Assembly (NCBI RefSeq): GCF_009914755.1
Contig: NC_060948.1
Reading direction: 5' to 3' (one strand)
From: the human T2T-CHM13v2.0 reference genome, Homo sapiens
DNA: 64,000 bases
Shown piece after piece: positions 1-13,700 of the stretch. Position 1 is the first letter of the stretch. Each line of letters begins with the position of its first letter. The notes beneath the pieces were generated by a model. It was not told the origin of the DNA, searched no databases, and worked only from the letters and a program-made list of their open reading frames with translations. The translations under genes were made by a program, and so were the position numbers.

Positions 1-235
1 GGTGTCGAAAGGAATTGACTCCAATGGAATGGAATCGAATGGAATGGAAGTGAATAGAATCGAACTAAATCGAATGGAATGGAATTGATAGGAACGGAAT
101 GGAAAGGAATGCAATGATTTGGCATGGAATGGAATCGAATGGCATCGAATGGAATGGAATGGAATGCAATGGAATGGAATGTATTAGAATGTAATGAACT
201 TTAATGGAATGTACTCGAATGGATTCGACTGGAAT

Positions 236-250
236 GGAATGTTCTGGAAG
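236..250. promoter_or_regulatory. Perfect heat-shock element motif A (recurs once per unit)
   Basis: gGAAt-gTTCt-gGAAg matches nGAAn-nTTCn-nGAAn. Motif match only; binding is not shown. Confidence 0.55.
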
Positions 251-515
251 TGAATGGACTCCAATGGAATGGATTCAAAAGGAATGGAATCGTACGGAAT
301 GGAATCTAATGGAATGGAATGAAATGGAAATGAATCAAATTGAATAGCACGGAATTGAATTGAATGGAATGGAATGCAATGGAATCTAATGAAACGGAAA
401 GGAAAGGAATGGAATGGAATGGAATGGGCTGGAATGGAAAGGAATCGAAACGAATGGAATGGAATCGAACTGAAGAGACTGGAATGGAATGCACTGGAAT
501 GGAAGGGAGTGTAAT

Positions 516-530
516 GGAAGGTTCTCGAAA
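516..530. promoter_or_regulatory. Perfect heat-shock element motif B (recurs once per unit)
   Basis: gGAAg-gTTCt-cGAAa matches nGAAn-nTTCn-nGAAn. Motif match only. Confidence 0.55.
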
Positions 531-1556
531 AAAATGGAATCGAATGGAATGGAATTGAATGGAACGGAATAGAGTCGAATGGAATTGAATGGAATGGAAT
601 GGACTAGAGTGAAATGGAATCGAACCACAAGGAATGGAGAGGAATAGAATGGTCTCGAATTGAATGGAATCATATGGAATGGCATCAAACGGAATGGAAT
701 GGACAGCCACGGAATGGAATGCACTCGAATGCAATGGAGTCGAAACTAATGGACTGGAATAGAATGGACTGGACTGGTACGGACTCCGATGGAATGGAAT
801 CGAATGGAAGGGAATCGAACGGAATGGACTCGAAGGGAAAAGACTGCAATGGAAAGGTCTCGAATGGAATGCAAATTAATGGAATGGAATGGAATCGAAT
901 GAAATGGAGTCAAAAGGAATGGAATCGAATGGCAAGAAATCGAATGTAATGGAATCGCAAGGAATTGATGTGAACGGAACGGAATGGAATGGAATCCAAA
1001 GGAATGGAATAGAATGGAATGGAATCGAATGGAAAGGACTCGAATGGAAATCACTCGAATAGAATGCAATTTAATAAAATAGGATCAAATATAATGGAAT
1101 GGAATGGAAAGGAATCGAAACGAAAGGAATGGAGACAGATGGAATGGAATAGAACAGAGAGCAATGGTATAGAATGGAATGGAATCATCTGGAATGGAAT
1201 TGAATGGAATGGAATAATATGAAATGGAATGGAATGGAATGGAATGGAATGCCCTTGAATTAAATGGACTGGAATGGAATGGACTCGAACAGAGTGGAAT
1301 GGAAAGTGTTGAGATAGAATGGAATGGACTCCTTTGGAATGGTGTAGTATGCAATGCAATCGACTGGCAGGGAATCAAAAGGAATGTAATCGAATGGATT
1401 GGACTGGAATGCAATGGACTCGAATAGATTGCAAACAGAATGCAAAGGAATGGAATGGAATAGTATGGAATGGAATGGAAAGGAATGGAGTGGAAAGGAA
1501 TGGAGTGGAATAGACTAGAGTGGAATGGAATGGACTGGAAAGCAATGGACTGGAAT

Positions 1557-1571
1557 GGAACTTTCTTGAAT
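1557..1571. promoter_or_regulatory. Perfect heat-shock element motif C (recurs once per unit)
   Basis: gGAAc-tTTCt-tGAAt matches nGAAn-nTTCn-nGAAn. Motif match only. Confidence 0.55.
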
Positions 1572-3034
1572 GGACTGGAATCAAACGGAATGGAATGCAA
1601 TGCAATCAAATGGCATGGAATAAAATAGAATGAAAGAGAATCAAATGGAATTGAATCGAATGGAATCGAATGGATTGGAAAGGAATAGAATGGAATGGAA
1701 TGGAATGGACTCAAATGGAATGGACTAGAATGGAATGGATTCGAATGGAAGGCAAAGGAATGGAATCTATTGGAATGGACTGTAATGGAATGGAATGGAA
1801 GGGATTGGAATGGACTCGAATGGAATGGACTGCAATAGAAAGGATTTGAATGGAATGAAAAAGAATTGAATGGAATAGAACAGAATGGAATCAAATCGAA
1901 TGAAATGGAATGGAATAGAAAGGAATGGAATGAAATGGAATGGAAAGGATTCGAATGGAATGCAATCGAATGGAATGGAATCGAACGGAATGGAATAAAA
2001 TGGAAGAAAACTGGCAAGAAATGGAATCGAAATGAATGGAGTGTTATGGAACGGACTCAAAAGGAATTGAATGTAATAGAATGGAGTGGAGTGGACTCGA
2101 ATATAATGGACTGGAATGGAATGAAATCACATGGAATGGGAACGAATGGAATGGAATGGAAAGGAATGGAATCGAATGGAAAGGAATCGAATGGAAGGGA
2201 ATGAAATTGAATCAACAGGAATGGAAGGGAATAGAATAGACGGTAATGGAATGGACTCGAATAGAATGGACACGAATGCTCAAATTGAATGGACTCGAAT
2301 GGAATGGAAACGAAAGGAATGTCATCGAATGGAATTGAATCGATTGGAATGAAATCGCATAGAATGGAGTGGAATCAAATGGAATTGAATCGAAAGGAAA
2401 GGAAGCGAATGGACTGAAATGAAATGGAATGGAATTGAATGGAAAGTAATGCAATGGAATAGAATGGAACGAAATTTCACGGAATGGAATCAAACTGAAT
2501 GGAATCAAATCAATGGAATCAAATCAAATGGAATGGAAAGGAATTGAATGGAGTAGATTGGATTGGATGGGATTGGAATGAAATGTACTGGAAAGGACTC
2601 GAATTTCATGAAACGGAATGGAATGAATTGGAACGGAATGGACTCGAATGGAATGGAATGTCATGGAATGGCATCAAATGGAATGGTATCAAATGGAATG
2701 GAATCGAATGCAATGGAATGCTATGGAATGGAATGGAATGCATTGGAATGGAATGTCCTCTAATGGAATGGATTCGAGTGGAATGGAATCGAATATAATG
2801 GAGTCGAATGAAATGGAATTGAAAGGAATGGGATCGAATACAATGGAATATACTGGAATGTAATGTAATGAACTCGAATGTAATTGACTGGAATGGAATG
2901 TACATGAATGGAATGTAATCGAATGGAAAGTAATCCAATGGAATAGAATCTAATGCAATAAAATCGACTCAGATAGAGTAGAATGTAATGGAATGGAGTG
3001 CAGTGCAATGGAATGGAATGGAATGGAATGCAAT

Positions 3035-3059
3035 GGAATGGAATGGAATGGAATGGAAT
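3035..3059 (+). repeat. Pure (GGAAT)n tract of variable length (5 copies here, up to 10 in other units)
   Basis: Lies between GCAAT and GGGAT at about unit offset 3030. 5 copies in unit 1, 10 in unit 2 (6583-6632), 9 in unit 16 (56523-56567). Confidence 0.85.
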
Positions 3060-3288
3060 GGGATGGAATGGTATGGAATGGATAGTAATGGACTGGAGTG
3101 AAATGGACTGGAAAGGAATGGACTCAAATTGAAAGGGCTCGAAAGGAATGGAGTCAAATGGAATGGTCTGGAATGGAATGAACACGAATGTAATGCAATC
3201 CAATAGAATGGAATCGAATGGCATGGAATATAAAGAAATGGAATCGGAGAGAATGGAAACAAATGGAATGGAATTGAATGGAATGGAA

Positions 3289-3442
3289 TTGAATGGAATG
3301 GGAACGAATGGAGTGAAATTGTATGCAGTAGAAGGGAATAGAATGGAATGCAAGCGAAAGGAAAGGAATGGATTGGAATGGAATGGAATTCATTGGAATG
3401 GAAGGGAATGTAGTGTAATGGACAGGCCTGGAATAAAGTGGA
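3289..3442 (+). other. 154-bp DYZ1 diagnostic segment (Y1.2/Y1.1 sexing amplicon) with the per-unit EcoRI and StuI/HaeIII sites
   Basis: TTGAATGGAATGGGAACGAATGG at 3289-3311 and GGACAGGCCTGGAATAAAGTGGA at 3420-3442 match the Y1.2 and Y1.1 primers as I recall them. GAATTC is at 3386-3391 and AGGCCT at 3424-3429. Confidence 0.8.
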
Positions 3443-3563
3443 ATGCTACGGTCTCGAATGGAATAAAAATGTATGGAATGGAATGCAATGAAATGGAATC
3501 GAATGTCATAGAATGTAATGGAATGCAAAAAATGGAATCCAAAATCATTGACTGGAAAGGCTG

Positions 3564-6500
3564 GGTGTCGAAAGGAATTGACTCCAATGGAATGGAATCG
3601 AATGGAATGGAAGTGAATAGAATCGAACTAAATCGAATGGAATGGAATTGATAGGAACGGAATGGAAAGGAATGCAATGATTTGGCATGGAATGGAATCG
3701 AATGGCATCGAATGGAATGGAATGGAATGCAATGGAATGGAATGTATTAGAATGTAATGAACTTTAATGGAATGTACTCGAATGGATTCGACTGGAATGG
3801 AATGTTCTGGAAGTGAATGGACTCCAATGGAATGGATTCCAAAGGAATGGAATCGTACGGAATGGAATCTAATGGAATGGAATTAAATGGAAATGAATCA
3901 AATTGAATAGCACGGAATTGAATTGAATGGAATGGAATGCAATGGAATCTAATGAAACGGAAAGGAAAGGAATGGAATGGAATGGAATGGGCTGGAATGG
4001 AAAGGAATCGAAACGAATGGAATGGAATCGAACTGAAGAGACTGGAATGGAATGCACTGGAATGGAAGGGAGTGTAATGGAAGGTTCTCGAAAAAAATGG
4101 AATCGAATGGAATGGAATTGAATGGAACGGAATAGAGTCGAATGGAATTGAATGGAATGGAATGGACTAGAGTGAAATGGAATCGAACCACAAGGAATGG
4201 ACAGGAATAGAATGGTCTCGAATTGAATGGAATCGTATGGAATGGCATCAAACGGAATGGAATGGACAGCCACGGAATGGAATGCACTCGAATGCAATGG
4301 AGTCGAAACTAATGGACTGGAATAGAATGGACTCGACTGGTACGGACTCCAATGCAATGGAATCGAATGGAAGGGAATCGAACGGAATGGACTCGAAGGG
4401 AAAAGACTGCAATGGAAAGGTCTCGAATGGAATGGAAATTAATGGAATGGAATGGAATCGAATGAAATGGAGTCAAAAGGAATGGAATCGAATGGCAAGA
4501 AATCGAATGTAATGGAATCACAAGGAATTGATGTGAACGGAACGGAATGGAATGGAATCCAAAGGAATGGAATAGAATGGAATGGAATCGAATGGAAAGG
4601 ACTCGAATGGCAATCACTCGAATAGAATGCAATTTAATAAAATAGGATCAAATGTAATGGAATGGAATGGAAAGGAATCGAAACGAAAGGAATGGAGACA
4701 GATGGAATGGAATGGAACAGAGAGCAATGGTATAGAATGGAACGGAATCATCTGGAATGGAATTGAATGGAATGGAATAATATGAAATGGAATGGAATGG
4801 AATGGAATGGAATGCCCTTGAATTAAATGGACTGGAATGGAATGGACTCGAACAGAGTGGAATGGAAAGTGTTGAGATAGAATGGAATGGACTCCTTTGG
4901 AATGGTCTAGTATGCAATGCAATCGACTGGCAGGGAATCAAAAGGAATGTAATCGAATGGATTGGACTGGAATGCAATGGACTCGAATAGATTGGAAACG
5001 GAATGCAAAGGAATGGAATGGAATAGTATGGAATGGAATGGAAAGGAATGGAGTGGAATAGACTAGAGTGGAATGGAATGGACTGGAAAGCAATGGACTG
5101 GAATGGAACTTTCTTGAATGGACTGGAATCAAACGGAATGGAATGCAATGCAATCAAATGGCATGGAATAAAATAGAATGAAAGAGAATCAAATGGAATT
5201 GAATCGAATGGAATCGAATGGATTGGAAAGGAATAGAATGGAATGGAATGGAATTGACTCAAATGGAATGGACTAGAATGGAATGGATTCGAATGGAAGG
5301 CAAAGGAATGGAATCTATTGGAATGGACTGTAATGGAATGGAATGGAAGGGATTGGAATGGACTCGAATGGAATGGACTGCAATAGAAAGGATTCGAATG
5401 GAATGAAAAAGAATTGAATGGAATAGAACAGAATGGAATCAAATCGAATGAAATGGAATGGAATAGAAAGGAATGGAATGAAATGGAATGGAAAGGATTC
5501 GAATGGAATGCAATCGAATGGAATGGAATCGAACGGAATGGAATAAAATGGAAGAAAACTGGCAAGAAATGGAATCGAAATGAATGGAGTGTTATGGAAC
5601 GGACTCAAAAGGAATTGAATGTAATAGAATGGAGTGGAGTGGACTCGAATATAATGGACTGGAATGGAATGAAATCACATGGAATGGGAACGAATGGAAT
5701 GGAATGGAAAGGAATGGAATCGAATGGAAAGGAATCGAATGGAAGGGAATGAAATTGAATCAACAGGAATGGAAGGGAATAGAATAGACGGTAATGGAAT
5801 GGACTCGAATAGAATGGACACGAATGCTCAAATTGAATGGACTCGAATGGAATGGAAACGAAAGGAATGTCATCGAATGGAATTGAATCGATTGGAATGA
5901 AATCGCATAGAATGGAGTGGAATCAAATGGAATTGAATCGAAAGGAAAGGAAGCGAATGGACTGAAATGAAATGGAATGGAATTGAATGGAAAGTAATGC
6001 AATGGAATAGAATGGAACGAAATTTCACGGAATGGAATCAAACTGAATGGAATCAAATCAATGGAATCTAATCAAATGGAATGGAAAGGAATTGAATGGA
6101 GTAGATTGGATTGGATGGGATTGGAATGAAATGTACTGGAAAGGACTCGAATTTCATGAAACGGAATGGAATGAATTGGAACGGAACGGACTCGAATGGA
6201 ATGGAATGTCATGGAATGGCATCAAATGGAATGGCATCAAATGGAATGGAATCGAATGCAATGGAATGTTACGGAATGGAATGGAATGCATTGGAATGGA
6301 ATGTCCTCTAATGGAATGGATTCGAGTGGAATGGAATCGAATATAATGGAGTCGAATGAAATGGAATTGAAAGGAATGGGATCGAATAGAATGGAATATA
6401 CTGGAATGTAATGTAATGAACTCGAATGTAATTGACTGGAATGGAATGTACATGAATGGAAGGTAATCGAATGGAAAGTAATCCAATGGAATAGAATCTA

Positions 6501-7137
6501 ATGCAATAAAATCGACTCAGATAGAGTAGAATGTAATGGAATGGAGTGCAGTGCAATGGAATGGAATGGAATTGAATGCAATGGAATGGAATGGAATGGA
6601 ATGGAATGGAATGGAATGGAATGGAATGGAATGGGATGGAATGGTATGGAATGGATAGTAATGGACTGGAGTGAAATGGACTGGAAAGGAATGGACTCAA
6701 ATTGAAAGGGCTCGAAAGGAATGGAGTCAAATGGAATGGTCTGGAATGGAATGAACACGAATGTAATGCAATCCAATAGAATGGAATCGAATGGCATGGA
6801 ATATAAAGAAATGGATTCGAAGAGAATGGAAACAAATGGAATGGAATTGAATGGAATGGAATTGAATGGAATGGGAACGAATGGAGTGAAATTGTATGCA
6901 GTAGAAGGGAATAGAATGGAATGCAAGCGAAAGGAAAGGAATGGATTGGAATGGAATGGAATTCATTGGAATGGAAGGGAATGTAGTGTAATGGACAGGC
7001 CTGGAATAAAGTGGAATGCTACGGTCTCGAATGGAATAAAAATGTATGGAATGGAATACAAAGAAACGGAATCGAATGTCATAGAATGTAATGGAATGCA
7101 ACAAAATGGAATCCAAAATCATTGACTGGAAAGGCTG
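3564..7137 (+). repeat. DYZ1 unit 2 (3574 bp)
   Basis: Landmark recurrence; ORF-track anchors 3869 to 7443. Confidence 0.93.
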
Positions 7138-10100
7138 GGTGTCGAAAGGAATTGACTCCAATGGAATGGAATCGAATGGAATGGAAGTGAATAGAATCGA
7201 ACTAAATCGAATGGAATGGAATTGATAGGAACGGAATGGAAAGGAATGCAATGATTTGGCATGGAATGGAATCGAATGGCATCGAATGGAATGGAATGGA
7301 ATGCAATGGAATGGAATGTATTAGAATGTAATGAACTTTAATGGAATGTACTCGAATGGATTCGACTGGAATGGAATGTTCTGGAAGTGAATGGACTCCA
7401 ATGGAATGGATTCAAAAGGAATGGAATCGTACGGAATGGAATCTAATGGAATGGAATTAAATGGAAATGAATCAAATTGAATAGCACGGAATTGAATTGA
7501 ATGGAATGGAATGCAATGGAATCTAATGAAACGGAAAGGAAAGGAATGGAATGGAATGGAATGGGCTGGAATGGAAAGGAATCGAAACGAATGGAATGGA
7601 ATCGAACTGAAGAGACTGGAATGGAATGCAATGGAATGGAATGCACTGGAATGGAAGGGAGTGTAATGGAAGGTTCTCGAAAAAAATGGAATCGAATGGA
7701 ATGGAATTGAATGGAACGGAATAGAGTCGAATGGAATTGAATGGAATGGAATGGACTAGAGTGAAATGGAATCAAACCACAAGGAATGGAGAGGAATAGA
7801 ATGGTCTCGAATTGAATGGAATCGTATGGAATGGCATCAAACGGAATGGAATGGACAGCCAGGGAATGGAATGCACTCGAATGCAATGGAGTCGAAACTA
7901 ATGGACTGGAATAGAATGGACTCGACTGGTACGGACTCCAATGCAATGGAATCGAATGGAAGGGAATCGAACGGAATGGACTCGAAGGGAAAAGACTGCA
8001 ATGGAAAGGTCTCGAATGGAATGGAAATTAATGGAATGGAATGGAATCGAATGAAATGGAGTCAAAAGGAATGGAATCGAATGGCAAGAAATCGAATGTA
8101 ATGGAATCGCAAGGAATTGATGTGAACGGAACGGAATGGAATGGAATCCAAAGGAATGGAATAGAATGGAATGGAATCGAATGGAAAGGACTCGAATGGA
8201 AATCACTCGAATAGAATGCAATTTAATAAAATAGGATCAAATGTAATGGAATGGAATGGAAAGGAATCGAAACGAAAGGAATGGAGACAGATGGAATGGA
8301 ATAGAACAGAGAGCAATGGTATAGAATGGAATGGAATCATCTGGAATGGAATTGAATGGAATGGAATAATATGAAATGGAATGGAATGGAATGGAATGGA
8401 ATGCCCTTGAATTAAATGGACTGGAATGGAATGGACTCGAACAGAGTGGAATGGAAAGTGTTGAGATAGAATGGAATGGACTCCTTTGGAATGGTGTAGT
8501 ATGCAATGCAATCGACTGGCAGGGAATCAAAAGGAATGTAATGGAATGGACTGGACTGGAATGCAATGGACTCGAATAGATTGGAAACGGAATGCAAAGA
8601 AATGGAATGGAATAGTATGGAATGGAATGGAAAGGAATGGAGTGGAATAGACTAGAGTGGAATGGAATGGACTGGAAAGCAATGGACTGGAATGGAACTT
8701 TCTTGAATGGACTGGAATCAAACGGAATGGAATGCAATGCAATCAAATGGCATGGAATAAAATAGAATGAAAGAGAATCAAATGGAATTGAATCGAATGG
8801 AATCGAATGGATTGGAAAGGAATAGAATGGAATGGAATGGAATGGACTCAAATGGAATGGACTAGAATGGAATGGATTCGAATGGAAGGCAAAGGAATGG
8901 AATCTATTGGAATGGACTGTAATGGAATGGAATGGAAGGGATTGGAATGGACTCGAATGGAATGGACTGCAATAGAAAGGATTCGAATGGAATGAAAAAG
9001 AATTGAATGGAATAGAACAGAATGGAATCAAATCGAATGAAATGGAATGGAATAGAAAGGAATGGAATGAAATGGAATGGAAAGGATTCGAATGGAATGC
9101 AATCGAATGGAATGGAATCGAACGGAATGGAATAAAATGGAAGAAAACTGGCAAGAAATGGAATCGAAATGAATGGAGTGTTATGGAACGGACTCAAAAG
9201 GAATTGAATGTAATAGAATGGAGTGGAGTGGACTCGAATATAATGGACTGGAATGGAATGAAATCACATGGAATGGGAACGAATGGAATGGAATGGAAAG
9301 GAATGGAATCGAATGGAAAGGAATCGAATGGAAGGGAATGAAATTGAATCAACAGGAATGGAAGGGAATAGAATAGACGGTAATGGAATGGACTCGAATA
9401 GAATGGACACGAATGCTCAAATTGAATGGACTCGAATGGAATGGAAACGAAAGGAATGTCATCGAATGGAATTGAATCGATTGGAATGAAATCGCATAGA
9501 ATGGAGTGGAATCAAATGGAATTGAATCGAAAGGAAAGGAAGCGAATGGACTGAAATGAAATGGAATGGAATTGAATGGAAAGTAATGCAATGGAATAGA
9601 ATGGAACGAAATTTCACGGAATGGAATCAAACTGAATGGAATCAAATCAATGGAATCAAATCAAATGGAATGGAAAGGAATTGAATGGAGTAGATTGGAT
9701 TGGATGGGATTGGAATGAAATGTACTGGAAAGGACTCGAATTTCATGAAACGGAATGGAATGAATTGGAACGGAATGGACTCGAATGGAATGGAATGTCA
9801 TGGAATGGCATCAAATGGAACGGCATCAAATGGAATAGAATCGAATGCAATGGAATGCTATGGAATGGAATGGAATGCATTGGAATGGAATGTCCTCTAA
9901 TGGAATGGATTCGAGTGGAATGGAATCGAATATAATGGAGTCGAATGAAATGGAATTGAAAGGAATGGGATCGAATACAATGGAATATACTGGAATGTAA
10001 CGTAATGAACTCGAATGTAATTGACTGGAATGGAATGTACATGAATGGAATGTAATCGAATGGAAAGTAATCCAATGGAATAGAATCTAATGCAATAAAA

Positions 10101-10711
10101 TCGACTCAGATAGAGTAGAATGTAATGGAATGGAGTTCAGTGCAATGGAATGGAATGGAATGGAATGCAATTGAATGGAATGGAATGGAATGGAATGGAA
10201 TGGAATGGGATGGAATGGTATGGAATGGATAGTAATGGACTGGAGTGAAATGGACTGGAAAGGAATGGACTCAAATTGAAAGGGCTCGAAAGGAATGGAG
10301 TCAAATGGAATGGTCTGGAATGGAATGAACACGAATGTAATGCAATCCAATAGAATGGAATCGAATGGCATGGAATATAAAGAAATGGAATCGGAGAGAA
10401 TGGAAACAAATGGAATGGAATTGAATGGAATGGAATTGAATGGAATGGGAACGAATGGAGTGAAATTGTATGCAGTAGAAGGGAATAGAATGGAATGCAA
10501 GCGAAAGGAAAGGAATGGATTGGAATGGAATGGAATTCATTGGAATGGAAGGGAATGTAGTGTAATGGACAGGCCTGGAATAAAGTGGAATGCTACGGTC
10601 TCGAATGGGATAAAAATGTATGGAATGGAATGCAATGAAATGGAATCGAATGTCATAGAATGTAATGGAATGCAACAAAATGGAATCCAAAATCATTGAC
10701 TGGAAAGGCTG
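7138..10711 (+). repeat. DYZ1 unit 3 (3574 bp)
   Basis: Landmark recurrence; 15-bp insertion near 7631-7645. Confidence 0.93.
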
Positions 10712-13700
10712 GGTGTCGAAAGGAATTGACTCCAATGGAATGGAATCGAATGGAATGGAAGTGAATAGAATCGAACTAAATCGAATGGAATGGAATTGAT
10801 AGGAACGGAATGGAAAGGAATGCAATGATTTGGCATGGAATGGAATCGAATGGCATCGAATGGAATGGAATGGAATGCAATGGAATGGAATGTATTAGAA
10901 TGTAATGAACTTTAATGGAATGTACTCGAATGGATTCGAATGGAATGGAATGTTCTGGAAGTGAATGGACTCCAATGGAATGGATTCCAAAGGAATGGAA
11001 TCGTACGGAATGGAATCTAATGGAATGGAATTAAATGGAAATGAATCAAATTGAATAGCACGGAATTGAATTGAATGGAATGGAATGCAATGGAATCTAA
11101 TGAAACGGAAAGGAAAGGAATGGAATGGAATGGAATGGGCTGGAATGGAAAGGAATCGAAACGAATGGAATGGAATGGAACTGAAGAGACTGGAATGGAA
11201 TGCACTGGAATGGAAGGGAGTGTAATGGAAGGTTCTCGAAAAAAATGGAATCGACTGGAATGGAATTGAATGGAACGGAATAGAGTCGAATGGAATTGAA
11301 TGGAATGGAATGGACTAGAGTGATATGGAATCGAACCACAAGGAATGGAGAGGAATAGAATGGTCTCGAATTGAATGGAATCGTATGGAGTGGCATCAAA
11401 CGGAATGGAATGGACAGCCACGGAATGGAATGCACTCGAATGCAATGGAGTCGAAACTAATGGACTGGAATAGAATGGACTCGACTGGTACGGACTCCAA
11501 TGGAATGGAATCGAATGGAAGGGAATCGAACGGAATGGACTCGAAGGGAAAAGACTGCAATGGAAAGGTCTCGAATGGAATGGAAATTAATGGAATGGAA
11601 TGGAATCGAATGAAATGGAGTCAAAAGGAATGGAATCGAATGGCAACAAATCGAATGTAATGGAATCGCAAGGAATTGATGTGAAAGGAACGGAATGGAA
11701 TGGAATCCAAAGGAATGGAATAGAATGGAATGGAATCGAATGGAAAGGACTCGAATGGAAATCACTCGAATAGAATGCAATTTAATAAAATAGGATCAAA
11801 TGTAATGGAATGGAATGGAAAGGAATCGAAACGAAAGGAATGGAGACAGATGGAATGGAATGGAAGAGAGAGCAATGGTATAGAATGGAATGGAATCATC
11901 TGGAATGGAATTGAATGGAATGGAATAATATGAAATGGAATGGAATGGAATGGAATGGAATGGAATGCCCTTGAATTAAATGGACTGGAATGGAATGGAC
12001 TCGAACAGAGTGGAATGGAAAGTGTTGAGATAGAATGGAATGGACTCCTTTGGAATGGTGTAGTATGCAATGCAATCGACTGGCAGGGAATCAAAAGGAA
12101 TGTAATGGAATGGACTGGACTGGAATGCAATGGACTCGAATAGATTGGAAACGGAATGCAAAGAAATGGAATGGAATAGTATGGAATGGAATGGAAAGGA
12201 ATGGAGTGGAATAGACTAGAGTGGAATGGAATGGACTGGAAAGCAATGGACTGGAATGGAACTTTCTTGAATGGACTGGAATCAAACGGAATGGAATGCA
12301 ATGCAATCAAATGGCATGGAATAAAATAGAATGAAAGAGAATCAAATGGAATTGAATCGAATGGAATCGAATGGATTGGAAAGGAATAGAATGGAATGGA
12401 ATGGAATGGACTCAAATGGAATGGACTAGAATGGAATGGATTCGAATGGAAGGCAAAGGAATGGAATCTATTGGAATGGACTGTAATGGAATGGAATGGA
12501 AGGGATTGGAATGGACTCGAATGGAATGGACTGCAATAGAAAGGATTCGAATGGAATGAAAAAGAATTGAATGGAATAGAACAGAATGGAATCAAATCGA
12601 ATGAAATGGAATGGAATAGAAAGGAATGGAATGAAATGGAATGGAAAGGATTCGAATGGAATGCAATCGAATGGAATGGAATCGAACGGAATGGAATAAA
12701 ATGGAAGAAAACTGGCAAGAAATGGAATCGAAATGAATGGAGTGTTATGGAACGGACTCAAAAGGAATTGAATGTAATAGAATGGAGTGGAGTGGACTCG
12801 AATATAATGGACTGGAATGGAATGAAATCACATGGAATGGGAACGAATGGAATGGAATGGAAAGGAATGGAATCGAATGGAAAGGAATCGAATGGAAGGG
12901 AATGAAATTGAATCAACAGGAATGGAAGGGAATAGAATAGACGGTAATGGAATGGACTCGAATAGAATGGACACGAATGCTCAAATTAAATGGACTCGAA
13001 TGGAATGGAAACGAAAGGAATGTCATCGAATGGAATTGAATCGATTGGAATGAAATCGCATAGAATGGAGTGGAATCAAATGGAATTGAATCGAAAGGAA
13101 AGGAAGCGAATGGACTGAAATGAAATGGAATGGAATTGAATGGAAAGTAACGCAATGGAATAGAATGGAACGAAATTTCACGGAATGGAATCAAACTGAA
13201 TGGAATCAAATCAATGGAATCAAATCAAATGGAATGGAAAGGAATTGAATGGAGTAGATTGGATTGGATGGGATTGGAATGAAATGTACTGGAAAGGACT
13301 CGAATTTCATGAAACGGAATGGAATGAATTGGAACGGAATGGACTCGAATGGAATGGAATGTCATGGAATGGCATCAAATGGAATGGCATCAAATGGAAT
13401 GGAATCGAATGCAATGGAATGCTATGGAATGGAATGGAATGCATTGGAATGGAATGTCCTCTAATGGAATGGATTCGAGTGGAATGGAATCGAATATAAT
13501 GGAGTCGAATGAAATGGAATTGAAAGGAATGGGATCGAATAGAATGGAATATACTGGAATGTAATGTAATGAACTCGAATGTAATTGACTGGAATGGAAT
13601 GTACATGAATGGAATGTAATCGAATGGAAAGTAATCCAATGGAATAGAATCTAATGCAATAAAACCGACTCAGATAGAGTAGAATGTAATGGAATGGAGT

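Larger units (their letters stand above)
1..3563 (+). repeat. DYZ1 unit 1 (3563 bp; boundary set arbitrarily at GGTGTCGAAA)
   Basis: Landmark GGTGTCGAAAGG at 1 and again at 3564. Carries a 15-bp duplication at 1477-1506 and a 1-bp deletion near 3527. Confidence 0.93.

Noticed and set aside
2470-2615. Further HSE-like sites cGAAatTTCacGGA (2470) and GAAtTTCatGAA (2601)
   Set aside because: Only two correctly spaced nGAAn units each, so they were not counted as perfect elements.
1073-3467. Several AATAAA hexamers per unit (for example 1073, 1619, 2957, 3432, 3462) as polyadenylation signals
   Set aside because: They are easily generated from GGAAT-AAAAT pentamer variants, and there is no transcript evidence in the sequence.
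3148-3651. Longer 167 aa plus-strand ORF found only in units 1 and 15
   Set aside because: It results from the 1-bp deletion in the A run near 3527; it is a lineage marker and not evidence of coding.
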